This document shows, in pieces, positions 1 to 11,809 of a stretch of DNA of 47,557 bases. Within the stretch, counting starts at the first letter, position 1, and every line of letters starts with the position of its first letter. Origin of the DNA: Lama guanicoe (taxonomy: Eukaryota); the NCBI GenBank assembly GCA_013239625.1, contig MU054040.1, positions 12,144 to 59,700 of the forward strand. Reading direction: 5' to 3'. The notes under the pieces are model-generated. The model did not search any database and was not told the DNA's origin. It saw only the letters and a list, made by a program, of their open reading frames with translations. The translations under genes were made by a program, and so were the position numbers.

Positions 1-398
1 TCTCCTGTGGGCTGCGTTTTGTGTTCAACACTAGCTTTGGAGAGTTAAATTCCAATTCTAAGCCCTTGAAAGTGTGCATGTGTTTGCATGGGATTGTATC
101 TGTATGTGTGAGTATGTTTGTGTAGGTGGAATGGTATTAATGAAACAAAGGTAGAACCACATTACAAAATTCTTTTTTTTTAATACCTTGGTGCAAGACG
201 TCTCTTTCAGGCTTTGAATGAGAGGCACTAGTTCTGAGAATCTCTTTGTTTCTTTCACAAGAAGCTTCCGTATTTTTTTGTAAGAATAATAATGTCTAAT
301 AAACTGTGGCAGATTCCTCCATCACTTACAACCCTTTGGCAATGTACCAATGTGTGCATCTCAGCAGAAGCTGGGGTAGAGCCTTTTGTAATGACTCT
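1..398. repeat. Partial copy 1 of a 434-bp duplicated unit
   Basis: Position 1 aligns to 1654 and 2088. The same spurious 66-aa ORF recurs at 58, 1711 and 2145. The copy ends at the unit boundary, directly against an N gap. Confidence 0.95.
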
Positions 399-409
399 NN
401 NNNNNNNNN
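399..409. other. Assembly gap (11 N)
   Basis: Run of N. Confidence 1.
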
Positions 410-619
410 GGTCTTGAAAGAACCAGTGATATTCGGAGTGGAGGAAGAACGTATTTACCAAGGGATGTGAGAACAAACTTACTGATAATGTAGTTTAATG
501 GTAGACAGTGAAACAGGAAGTAGAAATATTCTATGCAACTCCAGAGAATACCATTAGAACGAATGCATGGAGATTATAGCAAAGCAATTTCCACTGAATC
601 TGAAATAATCAGATTGGAA

Positions 620-735
620 ATACTCAACTGGAGGCCCATCAAAACTTTTCCAATAACCAGGCAGTTGAGATCCACATCCTATGTGAGAGATGGGATCGAA
701 TGACCTACAGAGATTCACCTCTAAGTCTTCGTGTA
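620..735 (+). mobile_element. Possible ancient L3/CR1 or MIR3 3' remnant
   Basis: gggatcgaatgacctacagagattcacctctaagtct resembles the CR1/MIR3 tail (ggactagatgacctc..aggtcccttcc); very decayed. Confidence 0.3.
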
Positions 736-1618
736 TAAATACTATGAACTTAGGAATCATATGGCCAAGTCTTTCCACAATATTGTACTCAAGTTCAGCA
801 TCCAGATGAAATTTAAAATAATAATAATAATTCCGTTATTTAGTTACATGTCTTGAAGGATGTCAGAGCAGATCTAATTTACGACCCCCCTGGAAAAAAA
901 AGTAAAAATAATTCCCCTCACCTCCAGTCTTTAACACTCTGTAACTATTAAATAATATCCCACATGACCTAAACCACAGACATTTCTGCTCCAGACCAGC
1001 CACAAATGGAATTTCCCTCCCTCTAACCTCCTTCCAGGAAGAAAGAGCTCTTCCTTTTCAGAAGGAGGAAAAAAAGGAAATGCATCAGAGAAGGTGAAAA
1101 CAAAGTTTCCTTTAACTGGATTAAAGGAAAAGGACGTATCAGTTCTGACTCTTCACAGGAATCCAGAGGTCAAGATTGGGAAAGTCTTTGTACTGGTTTG
1201 CTCCAACTGGAGTCCAGCTTGGACGGCTGTGTGTTTCTGTTTGTGGAGAGGAAGGGTGTTGTCCGAGAGGTTAGGAGGAGGAGCATGGGGAGAGCTGATT
1301 TGTTCCCTCTCGGATTTATGGGACAAAACCCACCACTATCACTAACAAAATACAATCTTCATTCCTGTCAACTCTACCACCTTACACACTGTCTGAAAAA
1401 TAGACAAAATAGCGATCTAAAATCCTGGAACTGTCAAATCGCCATCCATTCTTCCAGGATCTGACTCACTTCCTTGGGGACATTGATCATCATTTGACGA
1501 CCACGGAATTTCTCACTGGCTATAAAAGAGAATCTGCAAAGACTGTGACCATTAAAAAAAAATCAATATTTCGGTCATTTTGCTGAGTACCTACTATGTG
1601 CTCAGTCATCTAACTGGT

Positions 1619-2486
1619 GTCCTGAGAGGCTGCAAGAGAGAGAGAAGACTTGGTCTCCTGTGGGCTGCGTTTTGTGTTCAACACTAGCTTTGGAGAGTTA
1701 AATTCCAATTCTAAGCCCTTGAAAGTGTGCATGTGTTTGCATGGGATTGTATCTGTATGTGTGAGTATGTTTGTGTAGGTGGAATGGTATTAACGAAACA
1801 AAGGTAGAACCACGTTACAAAATTCTTTTTTTTTAATACCTTAGTGCAAGACGTCTCCTTCAGGGTTTGAATGAGAGGCACTAGTTCTGAGAATCTCTTT
1901 GTTTCTTTCACAAGAAGCTTCCGTATTTTTTTGTAAGAATAATAATGTCTAATAAACTGTGGCAGATTCCTCCATCACTTACAACCCTTTGGCAATGTAC
2001 CAATGTGTGCATCTCAGCAGAAGCTGGGGTAGAGCCTTTTGTAATGACTCTAGTCCTGAGAGGCTGCAAGAGAGAGAGAAGACTTGGTCTCCTGTGGGCT
2101 GCGTTTTGTGTTCAACACTAGCTTTGGAGAGTTAAATTCCAATTCTAAGCCCTTGAAAGTGTGCATGTGTTTGCATGGGATTGTATCTGTATGTGTGAGT
2201 ATGTTTGTGTAGGTGGAATGGTATTAATGAAACAAAGGTAGAACCACATTACAAAATTCTTTTTTTTTAATACCTTGGTGCAAGACGTCTCTTTCAGGCT
2301 TTGAATGAGAGGCACTAGTTCTGAGAATCTCTTTGTTTCTTTCACAAGAGGCTTCCGTATTTTTTTGTAAGAATAATAATGTCTAATAAACTGTGGCAGA
2401 TTCCTCCATCACTTACAACCCTTTGGCAATGTACCAATGTGTGCATCTCAGCAGAAGCTGGGGTAGAGCCTTTTGTAATGACTCTA
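1619..2486. repeat. Head-to-tail tandem duplication, 2 x 434 bp (1619-2052, 2053-2486)
   Basis: gtcctgagaggc...gtaatgactcta repeated directly, with about 6 substitutions between copies. Confidence 0.97.
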
Positions 2487-2894
2487 TTGATGGTGGCTAA
2501 TGCGCTATCACCCAAGCATCATATAGACCGTGACAGACACACCTACCGTATACCTAATGCTGATCAGGTACTGCACACTGTAAGGAAAATGGCTCATAAA
2601 AATCCCAGATGTCTTTTTTGTCCCCTCGCCACTCTCTTTCTCTCCACGTGTTTGTTCACAGCATCACTGTGCTATGTAAATAACTGCACTGGGGCATGTG
2701 ATGGATGGGCGAGCAGATGGATAGACATCCCTGTCATTTTTGTTGATAGTTCTGCGGACAATTCCCTTGAACGATGAAAAGTAGAAGTTTAGATGGTCCG
2801 ATGAACAAAAATTGCATGCCAAATTTAAAAGAAAAATGAAGACAATGGAAAACAAATAACATTCCTGAGACCGAATTTGTTAGGCTCCGTGAGA

Positions 2895-3058
2895 CAGCTC
2901 GTGACAGAGTGGAGGATACTGGATTGGGAACTGGAACACCTGAGTTCTCATCCTGGATGGCTACCGAGTACTGGTGTGACCTGGGGCAAGTTGCTTAAGT
3001 TTTCTGATTTCCAGACGAAGGGCGGGGTTTGTGTTAGTCTCTAAATCCGCTTCTGGTT
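2895..3058 (+). mobile_element. MIR-family SINE
   Basis: acctgagttctcatcctgg...tgtgacctggggcaagttgcttaag matches the MIR core. Confidence 0.7.
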
Positions 3059-3385
3059 TTCATATTTTTTTTAAGCATTCATTGATTTTTTTTTTCAAGT
3101 AGTGCCCTTTATGGTGTGGAGAACCTGGTAGAAATCTGTGTGGAAGAGCTTGACGAGAATAATTCCAATGTGTCAAGTTTGTGGCTCCATCTAGTCTGAC
3201 TACAGGGGGAGCCCGTGAGAGGGTTCCCTGCCTCTGCTCTGGACCCCCAACCTCTCTGTGAAGTCTCATTCTCCACAAAGTAATTCTCTTCCTTCCCATA
3301 CCACGTACCCTAATCGCCAAAACACCTGCCTGATGACTAGTCATTTATTCTTTGTCATGGAGGTTAGGAACACTATTCCTAGCCG

Positions 3386-3967
3386 TTTTTTTTTTTTTAA
3401 GAATTTATCTTTTTAAGGGATTTTTAGGTTTACAGCAAAATTGAGAGGACAGGGCAGAGATTTCTCTTGCTCCCACACAAGCATCACCTCCCCCAATATT
3501 AATATCACTCACTAAAACAGTACCTTTTTTACCAAAGAGCCTACATTGGCATGTCATCATCACCTCAAGTCCATAGCTCACCTAGGATTCACTCTTGGTG
3601 TTGAACGCTCTCTGGGTTGGACAAACGTGTAATGAGATATATCTGTCACCCTAATATCACACAGAGTATTTTCACTGTCCTAAAAATCCTCTCTGCTTCA
3701 CCTATCCATGTCTTTGCCTGAACCCCCACCATAGGCAACCACTGATCTTTTCATCTCCAGAGTTTTGTTTTTTCCAGACGGTTGAATAGGTGGGAGTTCA
3801 CAGTATGTAGTCTTTTCAGATTGGTTTCTATTACTTAGTAATACACATTTAAGTTCCCTCCATGTCTTTTCATGGCTTTATAGCTCATTTCTTTTCAGTG
3901 CTGAATAATATTCCATTGCCTGGATGTACCATAGTCTATCTATCCATTCACACACTGAAGGACATCA
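3386..3967 (-). mobile_element. LINE-1 3' end, L1MC1/L1MC2-like
   Basis: Poly-T, then tttaggtttacagcaaaattgag, ggattcactcttggtgttg, gtattttcactgtcctaaaaatcctc and ccattcacacactgaaggacatc. Confidence 0.85.
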
Positions 3968-5064
3968 TGATAGTCCAGGCTTATTTTAAAGGGTGAAAGT
4001 TTAGACATTAGCAAAGGATTGGGGATGTGACTTGGGAGCAATGATGCACCGAAATTCTGCAAATCACAGAGTGGAATCAATAGGCTACCTTTTTAAAATC
4101 ATTATAATCCCTACTATTAGGGAATAACTTCCTTGATGGCAAATGTTTGGGTGCAAAATCAAATCCTGTCCAGATTTTCAGTTCTTTCTCAGGTTGAACT
4201 GTTTATCTGCAGAGGCTTCTAACTTAGACATAGATTATCAGGTAGTGGCGTTCTGAAAGTCTCGTCCTGAAGAAACGGAACCACTGTGAGGCCTTCAGCA
4301 TAGCTCTAGGAGACATGTGATGGGTTCTTTTGGGTCAAAATCTGATGGAAGCTCTCTCTCAGGACCAGTCAGAATTTTGGGCGACTGCAGCAGTTAGTTA
4401 ATAAAGCTGTATTGTTCCTGACAATTTTTGTTCACATCCTTTCTCCTCATGGCTAGGAAAGTCACCTAAAGCCCCTCTCTTCCAGCATTTTATTCTGGTG
4501 TGAGAGGATATTTGTTTCCCCTTCTGTTCTGTTTCTAAATTATGTCTGGCATGGTTAGGAGAGAGCACGTACTGATAGCATCCTGCTTTTATGGTGAAAC
4601 TTTAGAGAAGCTTTTTTTTTTAAATATACCTTTTAAAATTAAGTTTCTTTCCTAGTTCTTAAGCTTTTGTCTCCATCTCTCCCTCCCCTCTCTCCCCACA
4701 CATCTGCACACATCACAAGTACACAAACACTTTCACTTTTAATCAAAGCCTCATCCCTTTCTTTGGGATGCTTTTATGGTACCTATTATCTGTCTTCATG
4801 CCACAAAAACTTATTCAGTCTGCACTTCTGTTAATTAATGTATTTATTCAATAGATCAACTTAACAATCAGGAGATACTGGGCATCCATTAAGCACAAAA
4901 TACTCTGCCAGATGCCGTAGTCTCTGACTGTATCACATTTCATTTCTTCAAGACTATATGTTTACTTTGGACAGACCAGTGTACATATAAGGGCAATAAA
5001 TCAATTTTCTTGGTTATCAAGAATTCTCATTGGCCTTCCCTCTGTAGATCCTCAAAATTGTGGG

Positions 5065-5205
5065 GTGGTTATTATTATCAGCACCTTTACTTTAAGGTTA
5101 ATATAATGAAGCTCAGAGAAGTTAAACAGATACATGGGGAGGGTGGACCAGAGATCAATCCCTTGTCTGCTGAGACCAAAGTTTAAGTTAATTCTACTGC
5201 TCATG
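5065..5205 (-). mobile_element. MIR SINE fragment
   Basis: attattatcagcacctttac...tgaagctcagagaagttaa resembles the reverse MIR core. Confidence 0.55.
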
Positions 5206-5544
5206 TTGCTTCCTGGAAAATAATAAACAACAACAAAAAATCATACCAACCGACAGCCTGTAATTAAGCTCCAACTGAGGGACGGTCAATGAGTCTAAGA
5301 GCTCAGGGAAGAGAGAAACCACTGGAGGTTTGAAGGGTCCGGGAAAGCCTCCTGAACCCACAGGAAATCAAATAAAGCATCACATGCCAATATCACCAGG
5401 CAGGGGAAACTTTTTCAAAAGAAGAGAGTGTAATAAAAATATTGATGCATGAGACTTTCTTGAGGAATAAAGAACATGTAATGTCAGTTGGGACTTTTCC
5501 TCCATCCAGGGGGCATTCCAAAAGTCTTCCCAGAATGGTCACCT

Positions 5545-5652
5545 TCCCACAGGTGAGAGGTCTAAGGAAATAACTCATTCAGTGGTTCACAGCAGAGCTA
5601 GGGTTTAAGCTCAGAGAGCCTGGATCCAGAACCTGTGCCCTGGCCAACTACG
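5545..5652 (-). mobile_element. MIR SINE fragment
   Basis: gcagagctagggtttaagctcag..ctggatccagaacctgtgccc resembles the reverse MIR tRNA head. Confidence 0.5.
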
Positions 5653-6149
5653 GCCGGGCCACACCACTTCTCCAATAGTCGGTGGGGTAGGAGATGCACA
5701 CATATGCAAAGGGATCTAGAGCACAGCCTCAGCTTGCATATTCTCACTTTTACATTCCGCCTTTATTTGTGACGCTTAGTTACCTCTCCTTGCATTGGGT
5801 CTGATGTAAGGCAGTGATTGGGCAGCTTTTGAAACCATTTACCCATCACGCTCACATGTTGCGGTGCATGTATTTCTTTTGAGAATCTTGTAACAGAGGA
5901 AAAATCAGATATTATCTCCATTTCAACAGAAAGTAGAGGAAAATGACATATCTAGGGCTCATGCAGTACCACCTCTGTCCTCTGCATTTTCCTTCCTCTC
6001 ATGCCTTGCGAGGTGGCCGAGCACAGTCTACTGGGAGCTGTCACCATCTCTGCCATTTCTCAGTCTCTCTTCTATCTCCACATCTGCCTCCAACGTGGTC
6101 CTCTCAGCCTGCAGCGTACCTGAAAGAGGACTGGGCTGCATTCACTTAC

Positions 6150-6335
6150 ATTGTAACTCTGAGTGAGGCAGAATGAAAGCAGATGAGGGAAAGGAACCTT
6201 TTATTTCCAGAAAGCCCATTTGCCAGCAGCCATTGGACCTGAGAGATTCAGTGGCCCCAAAATTCTTCCAGAAGGCCAAGCCACTGCGTCCCATGACAGC
6301 CATCCCACTGGACAGGGGGCGGACCCTGCAGGAAG
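6150..6335 (-). other. Candidate internal exon (likely non-coding transcript)
   Basis: Minus-strand acceptor T13-GGCTGCAG| at 6336 and donor AAT|GTAAGT at 6149; length 186 nt. Confidence 0.3.
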
Positions 6336-6609
6336 CTGCAGCCAAAAAAAAAAAAATCTATTACTTATGAACAGACTAAGCTGCACGCCTAAGCTTTTGA
6401 CCTGTTATCAACTCAGTTGGCTGTTTCCCCTGCAGAACGTCGTGTTTCAGTTAAAAACAGGAAAGAAAGAGCGAGAAAGGGGATGAAAAGGAAGAAACCT
6501 TAGGAGAGTTCAAGCAGTAATAAGCTCTTACCCTATTAGCAGGTCTAATTTTCAGCAACTTTGTCACCTCCACAATCTGTCAGGGCTGTTTTGCTTTCCT
6601 TTCTTCTCT

Positions 6610-6826
6610 CGGAGCAATTATAGGAAAGCGGTCTGGGAGGGGAGGCAGGCCTGGCTGAAGCGCCCCCGAAGGCCGAGGCTCCGCATTCGGGCCAAGCCCC
6701 AGGTGCGCGGAACCCCGCGAGAGTTTCCATCTTCACGCTCATTATGGTGCGATCCTCTTTTAAGCAGAAACGCCCGCCAAGCCCCAAGGACGCACATCCC
6801 ATCATGAAGACAAATGTCCCCGGCAA
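6610..6826. promoter_or_regulatory. Small CpG-rich patch, candidate promoter/enhancer
   Basis: About 17 CpGs in ~220 bp in an otherwise CpG-depleted window; not recognisably repeat-derived; plus-strand donor CAA|GTAAGT at 6826/6827. Confidence 0.5.
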
Positions 6827-7074
6827 GTAAGTTCAAACTGTGGAGTTCGTTTTGCTGGGGAACTTGATTGCCTTCTAATTAGAGTGACATTTGGTCAGTC
6901 TTGCTACATCCGGAATCAAACCAGAGGCTTGGAGGTAAAAGCTGCTCTATGTCCGGCCCCTTCCAGGACGGATTCGTTGAGCTGGGATGGATCACATTCC
7001 TTTTGTGTATTTTATTTCTTTACTAAAGTGTATGTGTACACATACACTTTATACACATATATACATATATATAA

Positions 7075-7156
7075 TTTCTTTATTAATGGAGATGCTGGAG
7101 AAGGAACCCAGGACCTCGTGCATGCTAAGCATGCACTCTACCTCTATTTCCCTTCC
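7075..7156 (-). mobile_element. tRNA-derived SINE, camelid Vic-1-like
   Basis: ttaatggagatgctggagaaggaacccaggacctcgtgcatgctaagcatgcactctac (reverse B-box/A-box head); AT/CA-rich tail on the left. Confidence 0.8.
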
Positions 7157-7834
7157 TCATTCTTTTTTGATAATTCTCATCCTCCCAGCCTGCTTCTGAG
7201 GTGGTGACTCTCACCAGAGGGATACCTGCTAAGGGAAGGCATTCAAATTCCTTTGCTTTTCCTTTGAGAGACAGTAACAGGAAGAAAAGAACACAGGCAT
7301 TTGCCTTGGTGACCAGTCTTCTAGGGAATACAAGTCACAATGGTTCAGTTACCTGGAAATAAATATGTAGCGTTTTTCCTTGCACGTGGAATCCTTGTAT
7401 TTTTGTGGGGTTCCAGCACCAGAGGGTCCAGGGCATAAAGCCCCTGATAGACCCAGAAGCTTAGGTGAAGAGAAGTCAGAGGATTAGACTGGGGAAGAGG
7501 GGGGCACATTGCATTCCTGTGGCTGGCAGGTTGGCACTGGGGCTCCCAGGTCGCTGCCGTTACGGCTCCCAGGTGGCACGCGTTGTCTCTGCACTCACCC
7601 TACATTTCACACGATGGCCTGGGCAGCAAGTCTCTGATCTGCGAGGCCAGCTCTGCCTCAGAGCCTTCACTCTGGATTTGTCCGGGCCCACCCTTGAGTC
7701 CACAAGGAACGGGATTCTTTGGTCTCCAAGGTCGGTCAGACATGCCCAATGGACAACGTATAAGACAATAACATAGACGCTACACACTCAGCTCGTAAAT
7801 GTCCGGATTATGAAGCAACAGCCTCTTTCGTTAA

Positions 7835-8768
7835 TGTCCTTAGCGTATTAACCATTATTTTAAATTCCTGGGCTAATAGTGCCAATATCCCTGCCGTGTC
7901 TCAGTCTGACTGCTTGCTCTGTCTCTACCAACTGTATTTTTTTTTTTTGCCTTTCAGTATGATGTCCAATTTTTTGTTGAAAGCTGGACACGACATACTG
8001 GGTAAAAGGAAGTGCTGGAAATAGGCCTTCAGTGATGGGGTGGTGAGGTGTCGGGGGGGAAGAGGAGGCATTCTAGAGCCCTCCGCTGGGTCTCAGTCTT
8101 GTCGGGAGCCTGTGCCCCTGGGCTGTGACCTTCACAAATGCGTCTCTGTTTTGTTTTGCACTGTTTTCACTTTTTTAGGTGGGACCACCATATGGCTAGA
8201 GTCAATGGAGTCACTCCCTTCTGCCAAGTCAGTTAGACTCTGATAAAACGTCTTTAGGTTCGACTCAAGCAAACAGTTCTCTCGAGGGCAGACCTTGGTA
8301 AGAACAGAAAGTTCTGGCAGATGTCAGGATGGCTACTTGGCCTTTTCTCCTGCAGGGAGGATGAGGGACTTTTTCTCCCGTTTCCACTGAGAGAGCCTGC
8401 TAGATCTCATGGAAGGAAGCAGAAGCCCTTCTGGAAAGCTGACAGATGCGTCCAACTAGCCCAGGGCTTTCCCGTTCAGCCTCGTCTGTATCGAGCCTCC
8501 AGGAATGCCTCAGTTACATTTTCAGTTTCCCTGCTTTGGTACCAGCTCCCATGGAGCTCCGGGCTCGTGGTTCCTGCCCTGGTAAGGTGTCGTTCTCTCT
8601 ATCTGCCTGCCTTTCCACAGTTTGGGGAAAAGCTGCTTGCCCTGTGCCCTCTGTTCTCTGACAGATCTAAGAAAAGTTGTTGATTTTCAGTTGGTTCAGC
8701 TTTTTACTTGTTATAGGAAGAGCGATAACTTCCAGGTCCTTCTCCTGCCGGAGTAGAAACTGGAAGTA
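7835..8768 (-). mobile_element. Old LINE-1 5' region (L1MDa/L1M4-like)
   Basis: gatctaagaaaagttgttgattttcagttggttcagctttttacttgtt...aacttccagg...gaaactggaagt matches the reverse of the L1MD-type 5' end; also gagcctgtgcccctgggctgtgaccttcacaa. Confidence 0.75.
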
Positions 8769-9714
8769 GATCTTTCAGTATTCATGCTGGTTTAGCCCTC
8801 CAGTATCCCTGTGTGATTTTGCCTAGTATGGTTAAAATTTTCCATCCCATATGGGTGGCGCTGGACTCCCAATAATTACGTACTTGTATTTGTTTCTCAC
8901 TTTTTTCTGTATTGCCGGCTCCAGTTTTTTCACTCATGACCTGAATGATCCCAGGTATCCATATGACTGAGTAAAGTCAAGCATATTTGAAGGTGCAGGG
9001 AGGAGGGGAGATGCCCAGTGAGGCTCATATCACTCTCATGCAACGTGAAGAATTATGTTATCAGGTATCTTAGCATTACCATCAGAGTAATCAGTACCGT
9101 TATCAGAGCACTCAACCTACATGGTGTAGACCTGTGACTGGAAGGCTGTCTGTGGGTTTAAACACTTGAGTCCAGATGTGGCCAAATTGAGTGTCTATGG
9201 AGTCCAAGCGGATAAAGATTGTAGGTCACCCAGGATCCCTCTGGGAGGATGCCAGGATGCACACATGCCCTATCCTGAAGAGGGTGATACTCCTCAGAAG
9301 GCAGACCAACTTTTGCTAGGTGGTCAGGCCCGAGCCCTGGTGGAGCCTCCATTGTGCATCCTCTCTTTTAAGGCACTGTAACGAAGACGTAGGTACTTTC
9401 TTCACTCTGCTGCTCTTTGCAGACCACTTTATTTCTCCATATTGAAAATAGTTAAATCAGTAACTCTTGATTCTTAAGTATAGGACTTAAGACGGGCCGT
9501 GTTGACCTGATCCGCAATCCCATTGGCAAAGAATCACGCTACTACATTATTGTGCACTAACCAGTTGTGCATTCTGGGTAGTGTTCAAATGTTTATTGAA
9601 AAAGTCCTACAGGGCAACCATTGGCTCACATTGTCTTTCTTCCGTTCTTACTCTTTCCATTCCTTTATCCCTTCCTTATATAGCAGGTTTAAGATTAGAG
9701 ATAAAATATGGTCC

Positions 9715-10015
9715 TTTAGTAAATACTTCATGCATATTCGTGCAGTAGAATATTACACAGCTGTAAAAAATGGGGGAGGTTTTATGTATCCTGAAATGGA
9801 ACAATCTCCAAGATAGAATGTCAAATGGGGAGAAAAGTAGATGGCAATAAATATTTGAAATTTTCATTGAAATGGAAAGGAAATACATATTTTTTGCTTT
9901 TTGTAGACATTAAGAATCACTCAAAGAGTACAGAAATTGATAAAACTGTTGCTCTGGGCACGGGAATTGCGAAGGTAAGAGAAAGGTTTTTTTTTTTTTA
10001 ATTTGTATACATTTA
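9715..10015 (+). mobile_element. LINE-1 3' fragment (L1ME/L1MC4-like)
   Basis: gcagtagaatattacacagctgtaaaaaatg...atggaacaatctccaagata. Confidence 0.65.
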
Positions 10016-11809
10016 AACCCTCAGTTAGATTTATTGCCAATTATGCTAATAAATTGGCCAAGGCAAGGTATCTTTTATAAAATAATCTATCAGAGATTAT
10101 CATGATCTCTGACTTAGATAACATTAAGGAAGACACAGAAAGACATACTGGAAGCACTTTTCTCCCGACCCAAGCAAACTCACATGTTTCTAAAACTCAA
10201 TAAATAAAAAGAAAATTAGCAGTATGCAAATTATTTCAGAAGAAAAGCTCTCCACGGCACAGGCAGCTTTTGTTTGCAAGAAGTAAGCATCGTAAACTGT
10301 GAAGCAAATCCCAAATTGAATTTTCTTGGTCCCCAAAACGTATTCCGGTTGACCTGCTGGTGAGAGACCAGGGAAGCCACAGCAGAAATCACTTACTTAT
10401 TCATAAATTCTTCTTTAAAAAAGTTGTTGTGGCTGTTGTTTTAAACACAAGTGGAGACGAACTCCAGAGCTCAGAAACAATTTTCATGCAAAACCAAGCG
10501 GCCCAGTATCGAAATAAAGACCTAGATGGGAACCCTGAACAGAGCAACGTAAATACTCACATCTGGTATAAATAAACAACAAGATACATTGTTTCACGAT
10601 TAATGCCCAGCTCATGAATAAGTGCACACAATGGAGATAGAAATATTTAATCTTGGGTTGTAGAACATAATTAGAAGTTATTAAACAAAGTCAGAACACA
10701 GTCGAGACTTCTCAGAAGACACCAGCCCTGGGTGCAGTCTGTGTTTGGAACCAGTTTTGCCCAACATCAGATGTTTTCCATTTTTAATTTTTTTTTAAGG
10801 AAAAACAATCAAGAGAAGCTACAACCATAGTGTTTCATTAACTAGTTCATGAGAGTCTCCCACTCACTCTTCTTTCCTGCTTCCTTCTGGGAGTTTAATG
10901 CACTGTGAGAAGAAAAATATCTGCCTTTTAATGATGAGCACACCATATTAAAATGTTTCACCCCGTTACTGATAATGCATGAGATTATGAAAGATGGAAA
11001 AAAAAAAAAAACCAAGTCCCATTGTCTCCTCCCTGCTAATGCTGTTTGTTTAACTTTTGCCTTTCCCCGGATTAGACAGTGAAGCAACAGTAGTGAATTT
11101 TACTGGATTTCTGTTTGTTCCACTTTGGTTTCGCACACAGATGAAATCCATGCTAGTTTTATTAAGTATTTTCTTTGTAGATCAATAATTGTAATTTTGC
11201 TTCATTAAACTTGACTGGACGTGTCACTGCCGCCTATTTACTCAACTAGGGTAGAATCGGGTAGAAGTAAGACAAATTGCCGGGGTTCATTACAATAACA
11301 GAGGTTGGCCGATCGTGAGCCGTGGGGAGGGACAGATCCACCACCACAGCACCCGGACACGCACAATTGTGTGTCCTCACTGACACACAGGGATAATCAC
11401 TGCTCAAAAAAGCAAGGGAGCATTTTTTTTTCTGATTTTAATTTTTAAGGACTGCTCTGAATCAGAAGAGGGTGGAACCTTCATGCAGACTTTATTTTTA
11501 AATTTTAGTAGCAAAGATGTTGAGAAGCAGCCAGGCTGAAGGATAACCAGGTAGACAAGTAGAAAAGAGCTCTGTGATGACATAAAATAGACCCAAACAG
11601 CGTGATTCTCACCTTGGCTTCTTGGCCAGATGATGGAATGCAGAGACAGGGCTTTGTCCGCAGACAGAATTGTGTCCTGCTCTGACCTTCTGTCTGAATA
11701 ACCTTTCTAGCTGATTTATCTCCTTCTTAGAGACCAAACTGATAAGGATGCTGGATCTCTTCCTCCTGGCTTTCCCTCTGCTCCCCTGCCAGCAACTTCA
11801 CTCGTATTT

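Noticed and set aside
58..2345. A 66-aa ORF present three times, resembling a gene family
   Set aside because: By-product of the 434-bp duplication; non-ATG start, no domain
2379..2777. 132-aa ORF
   Set aside because: No recognisable homology or exon structure; consistent with a random ORF
6173..6357. Plus-strand ORF ending in A13, as a possible retrocopy
   Set aside because: No AATAAA before the A-run, no target-site duplication, no recognisable parent; better explained as a minus-strand polypyrimidine tract
7211..7430. Two CACCAGAGGG motifs resembling CTCF cores
   Set aside because: Both lack the conserved downstream GC(G/A)C positions
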